The notes under the pieces were generated by a model. The model saw nothing but the letters and a program-made list of their open reading frames with translations, was not told the DNA's origin and did not search any database. A stretch of DNA of 64,000 bases from Isurus oxyrinchus (Eukaryota), in the NCBI GenBank assembly GCA_026770705.1, contig JANJGN010000189.1, forward strand, positions 1-64,000, written 5' to 3'. Below are positions 37,864-50,570 of the stretch, piece by piece. Each line of letters starts with the position of its first letter. Position 1 is the stretch's first letter. Made by a program: the position numbers and the translations under genes.

Positions 37864-38501
37864 GGGCAGACTTTCGCTGTCGGTGAGCAGGGGGCAGGGG
37901 TGCAGTGAATTCAGCTGAGGGCCCGCCGACCTGTCAATGGCCAATTGAAGCCATTGACAGGAACATTTAAACAATGAACCGACCTGCCGGTCCAACCTTA
38001 AGGCTGGTGGGCAGGGCAGGAGCTCCAGCGACAACTAGAGAAAACATGAAACCTCATCCACCGGCGGGACGAGGATTCATGTCGGTTTTAAAAGAGTTTA
38101 TTAAAGTTTTGGTGCAGTTTATTAACATGTCCCATCTCGAGTGACACTGTCACGTGAGGGGGACATGTTGAGGATTTTTTTATTTTTCTATTTTGATTGT
38201 TTGAAAACCTTTCAGCGATCTCCCTGAGGCAGCACCAAGCCTCAGGGTGATGTGGGCATTATCATGCGCATGTGTGACAGAGCGCACTCTCGCATTTGGG
38301 GAATGTCCCCACCACCCACCCCCCACCCCCGGCCCACACAGGAAGGGCATAGCGCTTCCCGCTGGACATCACGCTGGGTGGGCCTTAATTGGCACGCCCA
38401 CTTAAAATGGCGGCGGGGCCCGCTTCTCCGGTGGGGATTGGCTCCCCGCCCGCTGGAGATTGGGTCAGGCCCACCCGCTCGACAGGCTGGAAATTCAGCC
38501 C
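37864..38501. mobile_element. Harbinger/PIF-like MITE
   Basis: TIRs GGGCAGACTTTC and GAAATTCAGCCC with a 3-bp TSD AAT. The empty site tttagacaatgtcttc is present in paralogs. Confidence 0.85.
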
Positions 38502-39164
38502 AATGTCTTCACAGACTAATTTGATTCTCTGTGGGATGATAGGTGCTCTGCAGAGAGTTACAAGGCTTGAAAAAGAAAAACAATGAAAGACTTGCATTTC
38601 TATAGCACCTTTCACCACCTCAGGACGCCCCCAAATCTCATGTCTCTGCACTTCCCTCATCCCTTGAGCTAGAAAGATGTTCTGTACAACACACTTGAGC
38701 CTCACACCCAGATCTCAATAATCAGTAGAAATCTTTCAAAGGCATCAATCATTGGAATCTGTCTTTATAAAGTCACAACATCAACAAAGGACGGTGTTGG
38801 TCGTGGAAGTGAATTCCAATCGTTCCGTTACTTACCCAGGACCTGTCCGACTGCTCGCCTGGGGAGGAACTGCCCACACGCTCTGCTTGGGCTGAATGAC
38901 CTCTTCCTGTGCTGGCCCCTCTGTGTGTTTAATGAGAAAGGGTTGATGTGTCTCTGTGAGACAAAATGGGGAAGTAGTAAAGGAGTGAGTAAACAGGCAG
39001 TAGGAATGAGTGCGTAATTTCACAATGCGTTACAACAGAATCAAACTGTTGGCAATTCATCATGACTCTGTGATCTTTCTGTTTGCTGTTTGTTAACTTC
39101 AAATTTCTACCATGGCTCTGAGGGTTTATATTTAAAAATGCTGTTGGAGGATAAATACTAAGCA

Positions 39165-39837
39165 TGTTCTGCACTGTCGGAGGGTCAGTATTGTTGGAGT
39201 GCTACCCTGTTAGAGGGTCAGTACTGAGGCAGTGCTGCACTGTTGGCGCGTCAGTATTGAGGTATGCTGCACTGATGGAGGATAAGCAGCGAGGGAGTGC
39301 TGCTCTGTTTGAGGGACAGCTGAGAGGGAGTTCTGCACTGTCAGAGTGTTGGCACTGAGGGAGTGCTGCACTGTCGGCCGGTCAGAACTGAGGGAGTGCT
39401 GCAGTGTTGGAGGGTCTGAACTGAGGGAGTGCTGCACTGTTGGAAGGTATAAACTGAGGGATTGCTGCACTGTAGGAGGGTCTGAACTGACGGAGTGCTG
39501 CACTGTCGGAGGGTCTGAACTGAGGGAGTGCTGCACTGCTGGAGGGTCTGAACTGAGGGAGTGCTGCACTGTTGGAGGGTCTGATCTGAGGGAGTGCTGC
39601 ACTGTTGGAAGGTATAAACTGAGGGATTGCTGCACTGTAGGAGGGTCTAAACTGACGGAGTGCTGCACTGTCGGAGGGTCTGAACTGAGGGAGTGCTGCA
39701 CTGCTGGAGGGTCTGAACTGAGGGAGTGCTGCACTGTTGGAGGGTCTGAACTGAGGGAGTGCTGCACTGTAGGAGGGTCTGAACAGAGGGAGTGCTGCAC
39801 TGTTGGAGGGTCTGAACAGAGGGAGTGCTGCACTGTC
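39165..39837 (+). repeat. 33-bp minisatellite (homogeneous tctgaactg variant)
   Basis: Tandem units visible in the sequence. Confidence 0.95.
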
Positions 39838-40471
39838 TAAAATACATTGCACAAATTGCACAAAATTGCATCTGATGTCAGTGTCTGATGCACACATGAA
39901 GTTCATGCATTTGTCAGGAATATTTCTCTCTCTTTCTGAGCAGCAAGGCAGCTTTGATATCACACCACCCACTGGCAATTGTGTGCAGCTGCAATGTGAC
40001 GTGTTTACATTGAAAATTTCCATTATAAAGATGGGCACAGGAATTCATCTGACTGGAAAAAGTGACAACATGAAGTAATGTCTTTGAGCCAAGAATCTGG
40101 AAGCAAAATAAGAATTTTCATCCATAAGTATCTACAGAACAGGCTGAGCATTTTAATCACTTGTGTTAATCAATGTAATTTTATTCATAACCCAAATGCT
40201 TCTTACAATCTATCGCAGCATGAAAAAGGTGCAGCATTCAGAAAGCACATTCCAATCAAAGAACAGAGTTTAGCAACGTCACATTTCTGTTCATTCCTAT
40301 TCGACCATGTTGGCTGCACACAGCCAGACAATGCCGTGGTTATGATGTGTCCACACAGCAGGACTGGGGAGCACCAGGTATAAGGAAAAGTTTCAGCTTG
40401 CTGAGGAGAAGAAGGAGAATCTCTCGTTCCAGGTTTCTCTCCGTACATTAAGAAGCAGGCATGCCGATGTT

Positions 40472-40522
40472 TCATTGCACTCTGTCTGCTGATGGGAGTC
40501 CGCTTGGAAATTGCTGTTTGTG
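40472..40522 (-). CDS. Gene D putative terminal exon (short tail HKQQFPSGLPSADRVQ* if phase 0)
   Basis: Acceptor ttctttccatcag; downstream sequence is homologous to the 3'UTR of tail A. The upstream donor and phase are uncertain. Confidence 0.4.
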   Translation of the reverse strand, partial: HKQQFPSGLPSADRVQ

Positions 40523-40534
40523 CTGATGGAAAGA

Positions 40535-41150
40535 ATAAGCTTTTCATAAATCGAGGGACTGAGTACAAACACAGGGAGGTTATGCTGAACATGTATAAAG
40601 CTCTGGTTAGGTCACAACTAGAGTATTGTGTCCAGTTCTGGTCTCCTCACTTTGGGAAGGAAGTGATGGTCCTTGAGAGGGTGGGGAGGAGATTGAGCAG
40701 AATGGGTCCAGGGATGAGGGATTTTAGCTACAGGGTTGGGTTGGAGAAGCTGGGGTTGTTCTCCTTGGAGCAAAGGAGATTGAGGGGGGATCTGATCGAG
40801 GTGTACAAGATGATGATGGGTTTAGATACGGTAGACAAAGAGAAGCTGTTGCCATTAGCTGATGGTACAAGGACTGGGGGACACAGATTGAAGGTTTTGG
40901 GCAGAGGGGGATGTGAGGAGGAACTTTTTTACACAGCGAGTGGTAATGAGCTGGAACTCGCTGCCTACGAGGATGGTGGAAGTTGAGACGATGAACGATA
41001 TCAAATGGAAATTGGATGGATACTTGAGGGGAAATAAACTTGCAGAGATATGGGGATAGAGCGGGGAAATGGGACTGACTGGATTGCTCTACAGAGAGGC
41101 AGCATGGACTCAATGGGCTGAATGGGCTCCCACTGTGCTGGAATGCCTCT
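40535..41150 (+). mobile_element. CR1 ORF2 C-terminus and 3'UTR
   Basis: YKALVRSQLEYCVQFWSP...LFSLEQRRLRGDLIEVYK. Confidence 0.93.
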
Positions 41151-41261
41151 CTGATACGAAGGTGATTCTAACCAGGACACTGACCAGTTTCTTTACTATT
41201 TAACCCAACATCACACGTTATTTGTCCGCACTGACTGACCAGATTGTTGCTGTACAAAGCT

Positions 41262-41401
41262 TCAAACAGTCTGTCGACTTCCTGTCACTGTTTGTCTCTC
41301 CCAGACACAGACTCCAGCGATAGTGATAACCACAGCCACAAGGAATATCACAGCTCGTATTCCCAGGATCAGGATCACGTGCAGAATCTCTCCTCCACTG
41401 T
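41262..41401 (-). CDS. Gene D transmembrane exon with intramembrane Arg (activating-type)
   Basis: Acceptor tgtgttctctag, phase 1. Encodes SGGEILHVILILGIRAVIFLVAVVITIAGVCVWERQTVTGSRQTV*; not shown in the ORF track. Confidence 0.8.
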
Positions 41402-42520
41402 CTAGAGAACACACAGAAAGAAATCATCACTGACTCTCCGCTTTCAATCTCTCACTCTGGCTGAACAATCAAGCTTCATATCACTGCAACATTTGCTGTA
41501 ATATTGACCCATCCACTGGGATTCAATGTGGAATGAATGTTTTCATTGTAAACACTCTAAGAGTGGACAATCGGAACTTTCCCCTTAGCGTGGAACATTG
41601 GTGAGAATGGATCATTGTGCTGTTGGACTCCCTGTCCAATGTTTCTCTCCATCGCTGTGTACAGGATTGTGCTGTAGAAAATTCTGGAAACGTTTAGTGC
41701 AGGGTGGAAATCCATCTCGGATGCGTGTGCGAATCGGGCAGGATCGAGATGGACTCCCTCACGGACTTACAACCCCGCTTAATAAACAATTCCAATCTTT
41801 ACCCAGAGAGAGGGGAGAATGTGGAACTCGTTCCCACAGGGAGTGGTTGAGGTGAATAGTAGCAAATTAGGAAGGGAAATTGCTTGAAAAGCTGGGAGAT
41901 GCAAGGGTTAAGTGCTACCGTGCCACCACTGGTGGCAGAGTGTAACTACAGCGTGACGTTTACATAGGCAATCCCCATTATGAACATGGACATTGGACAT
42001 CATGTGAAAAATGGGCACTGGAAAGCTGAGAACATGATGTAAGCTTTTCACCAACAGGAATTCCCTTCCTAAACCTCTCCACCTCTCTCTTACTCTCAGA
42101 TACTCAAACAAAATTTCACACAAAATCACGTAAGAGGAGTTGGGACAGGTGACTGGTCAAAGGATTAGGTTTCAGGAAACTTCTTAAAGGAGGATAGTGA
42201 GTTGGAGAGGCAGAGTGTATCTGTGAGTATCCCTGTGCATCTGAGTGTCTGTAATAGACCTTGCAATTTCCATATTCTTCCATAAATATGAAAGGGAACA
42301 CAAAACCCAGAATCTAGGTCAATACTCTGGTGCAGCACTGAGGGAGGTCAGGTAACCCACAGGGCAGTATGTGATAGGGTGTTTGTTTGTGAGTGTGTCT
42401 TTGTGTGTGCTCATACATTTGGGATTGTGTGTCTGCAGGTGTCTGCTTAGGTCTGTATATTAGTGTGTATTTGTGTAGTGTTTGAACCTGAGAGTGATGT
42501 TGAAGTCTGTGCACACTCAC

Positions 42521-42673
42521 GTTCCACAGTGATGGTTATGGACACCTCCACTGCTCCATGTTCATTCTCTGCCACACACTGATAGTCTCCAGTGTCCCTG
42601 GATGTAACGTGAGGAATCACCAACCACAGCTCATTGTTGGAACTTGTTCTGTTCATTGTGACATTGAGATGTC
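42521..42673 (-). pseudogene. Gene D third Ig exon remnant (5' half and acceptor replaced by unrelated sequence)
   Basis: MNRTSSNNELW...TVE matches gene A. Homology is lost at 42674 and resumes in the intron at about 42858. Confidence 0.85.
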
Positions 42674-42996
42674 AGGGCAGGACTCAACATGACAGCTCGC
42701 AGGTTTACCAACAGAAAATGTACAACAATTTATATTTAAAGGGAAGAGAGTGCTGATTGGTTGGCAAGTGGTCTCTGATTAGAGGAGGTGTTGCCATGGA
42801 AAATAACGTGTGCAAGCTGTAAAGTTTAGACAGCTTGTCACTTCATTCAGCAACAATCAAATAAAGATCAGTTAACTTCTATCGACTGTGAAGTACTTTG
42901 AGTGGCCTGAGAATATGGACACTGAGAACGGGCTGCACTGTCAGAGGGTCAGCGCTGAGGGAATTCTGATGTAGAATGAAGGGTGTCCATACTTAC

Positions 42997-43293
42997 CTTG
43001 CACAGTTAGTACGAGGGTCCGCTCCGATGAAACAGATGGATATCTCACTCTGCAGCTGAGATTGTGTCCGTGGTGTTTGAGTGATGGGATCAGGGTCAGA
43101 ACAGAAGTATAGGTCAGAGTGACACCATGCTGAGTTACAGTGTTTGAGACTGATCCAGGTACGTCAGTGGGAGTGTCCCAGGTTAAGACAGGTGCTGCTG
43201 TTCCATTGCACGTTGTGTTGAAGGTGCAGCTTACATCCACACGCTTTCCTGCAATAATTTCAGCAGGGAATATCGTGGGTTTATCTGTGAAAT
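42997..43293 (-). CDS. Gene D C2-set Ig exon
   Basis: 297 nt, open, intact AG/GT, nearly identical to gene A. Confidence 0.9.
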
Positions 43294-45015
43294 CTGACAC
43301 ACAGAGAATGGATCCTTTTAGAGAAATATAACGTGAAGCATCAGTTCAAATAGAAACCACAGTCCCACAAGAGAAAGCACTTTTACAAGGATGATAGCAG
43401 ATCTGAGATGTTACAATGATCAGGAGAGCATTTCCTGCTTTGAGACTTTGGTGTTTCTGTCTCTCAGCTTAATATACGTTCACTCTGAGACACTTGAACT
43501 GATAATAGTGGGTGAGGGTGGAGGAGCAGACCAGAGTTTGGAGTGCACTACCCCATCAGTCCCTCAGCGATCTAGGTCATTTGTTACTTGTCAATTTGTG
43601 GGAGTTTGCTGTGCGCAAATTGGTTGTTGTGTTTCCCACATTACAACAGTAACTACAATTCAGGAATCAGCGCATTGGCTGTGAAGTGATTTGGTCCGTG
43701 CTGAGGTTGTGAAAGGTGCTACATAAATGTGAATCTTTATTCTAACGATATGTCAGACTTCGAGACAGGATTAGAGAGATCGATGGGAGTGGATAACCTG
43801 ATAACATTGATGGACACAGTCAATATATTTAATCATTGATATTAAAGTGAGTATTAGAGGTTGCTTTCGGACTGAACTGGAAGCTATCACCAGGTTACCA
43901 GGTTGCATGTTAACTCGAAATTAAGAATCTAAATGGTCTAGAGGAGCATAGAACAATGGATTATATTTATATAGTGCCTATATTGTAATATAACATGCCA
44001 AGGTGCTCCACAGGAGCATTATAATAGAAAGTATGGTCCCACGCCATATAAGGAGATATTAGGTCAGATAATCGGAACTTTGGTTGAAGAGGTGGGTTTA
44101 AAGGAGCACCTTAAAGGAGGAGATAGAAAGATGAAAGGATTTAAGTCTCAGGACCCAGGCTACTGAAGGCTTGGCCGTCCATGCTGGAGCGATGGAAATC
44201 AGGGATGCTGAATAGTCCAGAGGTAGAGGAGTGCAGAAATCTGGGAAGGCTGTAGCACAGGAGGAGATTACAGAGATAGGGAGGAAGCAAGGACAAGCAT
44301 TTTAAAATCAAGACATTGCTTGTCCAGGAGCCATTCAAGGTCAGAGAGTACAGGGGGGGATAAGGGAACGGGAGTTACTGTTCTTTAAGACAGGGGCAGC
44401 TGAGTTTTAGATGACCCCAAGTTTACAGAGGGTAGAATGTGCGAGACCAGCCAGGAGTGAGTTGGAATAATCGAGCGGGATGAGATGAGATGGAGATTGA
44501 GATCTCCGAGGATGGGAATTCAGTCGGTGCAGAGACTGAGGGAGGAAAGCAGTGAAGATATCCTGGGGCGAAGATGTTTATCATTCCTGGAGTGATCAGC
44601 GATAGAGAACGAGAATTTAGAAGGAGAGATGAGAGGGGTGGAACACGTTGAGATATTCAAAGGAGGAGAAAGTGCCAGAGGAGGTGGGGGTGGGGGTCAA
44701 GCCAAGGTGTGATTTGGTGATTAGCTCCGCACTGTCACCAGGTCAGTCCTGACGGTGTGAGGGGTGGAAGGTGTAGTGGGGAGGAGACACGTCACTCAGG
44801 GGGGAGGTGTCATCACCCCTCAGCTCGGTTTACGTTACAGCTATGATGTGGATTCAATCACACACAATAAGCTCATGGATCTGGGAGCAGAAATAGACAA
44901 ATCATTAAAAATAGTGACACTGGTTAACACGGCCAAAAAACAAGCAAATCAAACACTATTATTTCCCATTGAGTGTTGGATGTGAATTGTTGAGTAATTA
45001 TAACACAGCACTTAC

Positions 45016-45384
45016 CAGAAACCTGAAGCAGGGTTTCAGGGTAATAGTTATGGCTCCGACCATTGTCAAATTCTATTCTGAAAAAAAAAAATCCTGCATC
45101 TTCCCGTCTGATGTTGTTTATAATCAGGGAACAGTCGCCATCTTTCAGGTCTCCAGACAGCCGGGTCCGATGGTGGAACCGTGATAACTCGTGACTGTGA
45201 TCCTTGGAGTGAAAGGCTATAGACAATGTATTCCATTTGTCCCTCCTCATATTCCAGATTCCGACATGTGTTTTCTCTAACAAATGTGATGGGTAATTGT
45301 AATGACATGGAATCTGTACACATGAACCTTTCTGCGCTGTCACCTCTCGTGGAGTGTTACTTTCCCATTCTTGTGACAGTCCAA
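45016..45384 (-). CDS. Gene D V-set Siglec exon
   Basis: 369 nt, open; essential Arg retained (FFFRIE). Confidence 0.92.
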
Positions 45385-45639
45385 CTGGGGAGAGAAATAT
45401 CAATATTTAAATCTTGATAATTTGTAGATCCACTAGACTCGATATCCACCCCCTCCATCACTGGGGCACAGCGGCTGCAGTGTGGACCATCTACAGGACA
45501 CACAAGGAACTCCACAAGGTATCACAATGTTTAGAAGAGAATCCTGGACACAGGAGTTGACAAGATCATTCTACATTGGCTGATGGTCCTCAGGACCCTG
45601 TTTGTGCACAAGCCTGCTATCCAACAGAACTGAAGTTGG

Positions 45640-47310
45640 GGAAAATCCATTTGGAATTCCACTGTCCAGGGCATTGGGTTAACTTGCTGAGTTTGTTTTA
45701 AATCTAACATCTATTTTTGGACTGTTGCCTTAATGGGAGTGTAACTGGGAGTCAGGTTAATTAGGAATTTTAGGAGTTATTATAGCTGTCATTGTAGTCT
45801 TATGTATGTGCTTGAAATCTTTTATTTTGATGACAAATATTTTAATTTATTTTTTTAATTCTCTAAATTTCTTGGTGGACTTATTGCTTCTGAATTCAGT
45901 GCACACATCTCATAATAAATACAAATTGCAAAATCATTATGATAGTGTGACCACCTTTCTCTCATCGACTTTGTCTGCCTGGCACACATCACCTGCCAAG
46001 TGATAACACTGTTGTAATATGTCTTTCAGGGACAGCAGCATGACATCACTCGAGGGGAAGTGTGTCATGTGATCTATAGGAACGGCGGTTGGCTTAAGTC
46101 AGTTCTATGTGTCTATTTGTGTGTTAGGCATAAGGTCTATCTTTAAGTTCAAGTTTAGTTTGCATTTTTGTGTTTAGGTGTTTTGAAAAGATAGAATTTG
46201 ACTTTAAAAGAAGCCAGCGTTCCTTTGAGGTTTTATGACTGTCAAAACAAATACAACGTGTAAGAAACTGTGCTGTTGCCTAGCAACAGTGATCCAGAGG
46301 GAGGGAACCACAGAGACAGAGAAAAACAGAAAAGGACTTTCAGTTCTGTTGAAAGGAGTTGCCAGGAGAAGCAGCAAAGGAGCGGGACAGATAGTCAGTC
46401 CCAAAGTAAAGATGAAGCCAAAACCATCGAGTGGAACAGGAGAAAGGGCCCAAGAAAACCTTCTAGTCAAATCTGGAAAAGGCCCTGTTAAGTGAAGTTA
46501 AGAGTGAGGAGCAGAAGAAGGCTTCAAGCATAAAGGGAGAAAGCAGCAGGACACAGACCTAAAGCAAAATAGGCTTGTGAGAAGCCAGAAGATCCTAGGA
46601 GACACCACAGGTTGGTGACTCATTACTACGGCCATGTGAAGCCATGGTGTTCCATTGACACGGCTGAGCATTGGAGAGACAGGGCGTGGAAGGAAGGCTG
46701 AATGCACGTGGCGATCCAGGGGACAGGAACATGGGAAGGAGAGTTTGAAATAGTGAAAGTGGACCCTTGTGGAAGGTGTCTGAGTGAAAGTGTCATGTTG
46801 GAGAAGATTCCAAAGCGAGTTCTTGGAGAGTGGAGATTGGAAACTCTCATATGAAAGAAGCTTTTCAGTGAGACTGGTTGGCTCACAGTGTAACAAGCGT
46901 CTGGGGTCAGATGAGGAGGGAGACATAGCATTTGTTTCAAGTGGGTTCTGTCACTTGATTTTAGAATGTGGTGCCCCTGACCACAGGTCGTCTATTGGTT
47001 TACATGGACTGTGTACTTAGTTTGAACATGAGAGTATAAGATAGCTATTGTAACTTGCGTTATCTTTATGAATCTGTATATATCTGTAAATGTATAGGTC
47101 TGGGTGATGGAGTAATGTAATATAGTTTGTCTTTCCTAGTTTAATAAATGTTTTATTCTTTTGTTAGAAGTTCATCAGATGACTCCTGTGACTCTGTTCA
47201 GTAGCTGCTCTCCACATTCCTAAATAAAAAATAAAAGTTAGGACCTATCAAGCTGAGCTCCACCCTGGGATCTGACTTGCCCAGTAGTAACATCAGCTGG
47301 GATGATAACA
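45640..47310. mobile_element. Nested LTR fragments
   Basis: Termini ...gtgataaca (46007), tgttgtaa (46009) and ...gatgataaca (47310). Related to the element at 9009-9960. Confidence 0.6.
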
Positions 47311-47500
47311 CCATCCAGTCCAAGTTTCACTTTGGCCTGTGAGCAGAACACAGCTCACACAGTTTGGCTGCAGGTGTCTCCCAGTTTCTATCCTTGTGTA
47401 TCTGTTCTCATGTCACTATTCTAAATAAATGAATCCACAATGTATTTACCTAATTCCGTATCAGTGGCTGGTGCCTTTATATCATTATAAAAACACAACA

Positions 47501-50500
47501 TGGTGATCAGCGGTGGCCAAACATTCTGGCAGCAAGATTCAGTACAGGTATGACGTGGTGAACAGCCTGAGATCGAGCTACATGACATGAGACGACCCTC
47601 AACGCTTTGGTCAGACCATAACAGAGACACAGCATCAGAGAGGGTTGAAATCGCAGTGTACTGACTGCTCAGGAAACCTTTGAAGACACAGTGACGGGAA
47701 AGAGCTCAAGTAAAGAGCTGGGGAGCAAACGGATCCCTCGTGGTGAGATCTGCTAGATAAGACCAAAACCTATAGCATTGAAGAGCTACTCAAGGATCGA
47801 CATAAATACGAAGTGATCCTCGCAGGTCAACGAAGCTTACAGGTCCTCAGTACAACATCAATTGTTGACACACTGACTAGAACATCCAAACCTAGTGAGA
47901 CATGTGGAAGGTGTGGCCTTCTGCAGGCACCAAGGAAATGCCCAGCTTTCCACCAATCCTGCAAGGCTTGTGGCAGAAAGGGCCATTGACAGCGGCAGGG
48001 CACTAGAGCAAAGGCTCATGCAGCTACAAAGAGCCGTGCACTGATCCAAACAGACCCTACACAACGGGGAACCTTCAAGCAATAAGAATGACCATCCGCT
48101 ATTCCATCAGGAACATATACATGTGGTGACTGACAAACCAGGAAATGGCGATGATGTACACGGTGAGACGAGGAGCGCTGATCGATATTCCACCTCTCAC
48201 ACATATCCTGGCGTGGCTTGCCAATAAATTGTGGATTGTTGTCTTTAAAGATCTCTCTGGGCACATCAAATAAACTGAAAATGTCCCATAGGGGTGGGAT
48301 TTTCTGGCCCCACCCACTGCCAGGATTGTCCGGTCCAACCGAAAGCCAATGTTTGTCCAATCTCCCACGGCAGGTCCCATCATGACTGTGCCGGAAAACC
48401 CCAACCTAGAGTTTGTGCAACAGTTGTGCTCAACGTATTGTACAATTGTTGAACAATTTCAAACCTTTTACACCATCAATCTCACGGAGAACAGATGCTG
48501 TCACATCACCTGCACTATTGGCCAAGATTCCAATTTTCTGCCCTGAGAAAGTTGAAACCTCCCCTTTATTGACCAAGATTGACACAGGGGCAAGTGCCAA
48601 CATTCCCCTCCCACAGCCCACCCCAGCAAATTTTCAAAGACATGTATCCAAGGACATGGGAGGCCATGGGGAAACCTACTGCTATGTACAACACTTCAAC
48701 TCCATGTGCAGAATCCATAGTCCTGGGGTGCAAATACAATCAATCCTCCTGGGTGTCACAGATGTTCTACATCGTGGAGACTAAAGGCTGAGCAATTGCA
48801 AGTCTACCGGCATGCAGTGACCTCACACTAGTGACAATGCATGGAATCTGTCAGACTTCACATGGGTCAAATGCAGAAACTACCCCATCAACTCAGTTCA
48901 TGGACATAACATTGAAATATGCAGAAAGTTTCAACAGTATTGTCAGTTTCAAGGGAGCTGCTACATTACACCTGCAGGAGAATGCAAGTCTGTCAATTGA
49001 TCCAGTACATTTAGCACAACAGAAATGCCAGCAGCTACAAGAGGGAACAGTGAAAAATTCTGCAGGAACTGTGGAAATATCATTGAAAGGGTGGCCTGAT
49101 TCAACTTGACCTCATCGAGATAAGCGAGGCATCTCCCAGGGAGTCATTTTTAATGGCAGGCAGGGCATCATACCGGCACATTTGTGATCCTATATTCTTC
49201 AACAACTTCATCCCTCACACATGGGCACAGATCACACAAGGAGACTCACAAGAGATACAGTCTCTGGCCGGGTATGAACAATGACCTTGAAGTTGTTGTA
49301 GGGAAGTACGAGGCTTGTCAAGAGGATGAGCCAAGTCAACACAAAGAAACATTGATTCCACAGGAAATTCCTGCCTATTCTTAGTCCAAAATCACATCTG
49401 AATCCTTTCATGTCCATGTCACTGACTTCATCGTCATCGTCGACAGCTTTACCAGATATCCCATTATTCAAAAATAGCACAACACACCGAGCACAACTGG
49501 TGCACACACTCTGAGCACTATTTTCAGTTTATTTGGTGAACCTAGGTTCATGATTACAGATAATCTGGAATATCAATCACACTACTTCTTCTCCTCATTA
49601 CCCCAGATCTAACAGCCTAGCTGAATGAATGATTCACACAGTGAAATCCCTAATTCTCAAATGTAGACAGACCAAGCAAGATCCACACATTGCAATGTTA
49701 CATCTGAGATCGACACCTACAACTGCAACTTTGTTAAATTCATTCATGGGATGTGGGAGTCACTGGTCAGGCCAGGATTTATTACCCATCCCTAATGTAA
49801 GAGTCAACCACATTGACGTGGAGTCTGGAGTCACATGTCCGCCAGACAATTTTGTTCCCTAAATGGCACTGGTGAACCAGGTGGGATTTCCAACAATGGT
49901 TTTGTGGTCATCACTAGACTTTGAATTTCATCTTTTTATTAAATTCAAATTTCATCATCTATTATGGTCGGATTTGAACCCATATTCTCAGGACATTACC
50001 CTGGGTGTCTGAATTACTCATCTAGCAACAATACCACTACACCATCACCTCACCTTATTCCATCACTGACAGAGAACATGTTTGGTGGGCCAGTAGTGAC
50101 CAATTTCGCTACTCTTACCCATTCTACTCTCTCAGAAACCAGAGGGCAACTTTTAAAACTACAAGAGAAGATAAGGAATGTTCATGATAAAAATGGAGGT
50201 GCAGAGTTGCCAAGTTTACAGTTGGGACAAGTTCACATCCAGGATCCCACAGAAGGTTCATGACCACCAGCCGAGGTGACAAGGATTTGTTCAGAACCAA
50301 GGGCCTATGGAGTCAAACACACAAGGGCACAGCGGTGAGGTGGAACCGAGGATAAATCAGATCCATTCCCGCTCCTATTTCATCGAGGAGAAGATCCCAC
50401 ATGAAATCAGGAACAACATCCAAGGGTGACAATCCCACAGATCACTGTGAGCAGTTAAAGACACCTCCAGACAAGGTAACCAGCACAAGATCTGGGTGGA

Positions 50501-50570
50501 CCAGAAGGTTAAATCCACACTTTAGAGAGTCAAATATTCAACAGTTCCATACACTTATGTAATTGTCAAT
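47501..50570 (+). mobile_element. Degraded Gypsy internal region (PBS, protease, integrase)
   Basis: tggtgatcagcgg PBS-like site, KIDTGASANI protease motif and integrase-like IHTVKSLILK..HLRSTP; many stops. Confidence 0.8.

Larger units (their letters stand above)
34580..38980 (-). pseudogene. Siglec-like pseudogene C (leader 37713-37744, V 36251-36616, C2 34580-34876)
   Basis: The leader has an 8-nt deletion and a GT>CT donor. The V exon has CGA>TGA at 36579-36581, a MITE sits in the UTR exon, and no downstream exons are present. Confidence 0.92.

Noticed and set aside
28470-45384. Rearranging Ig/TCR/IgNAR-type locus
   Set aside because: V exons end in splice donors, I saw no RSS or J segments, and the cysteine pattern is Siglec-type.
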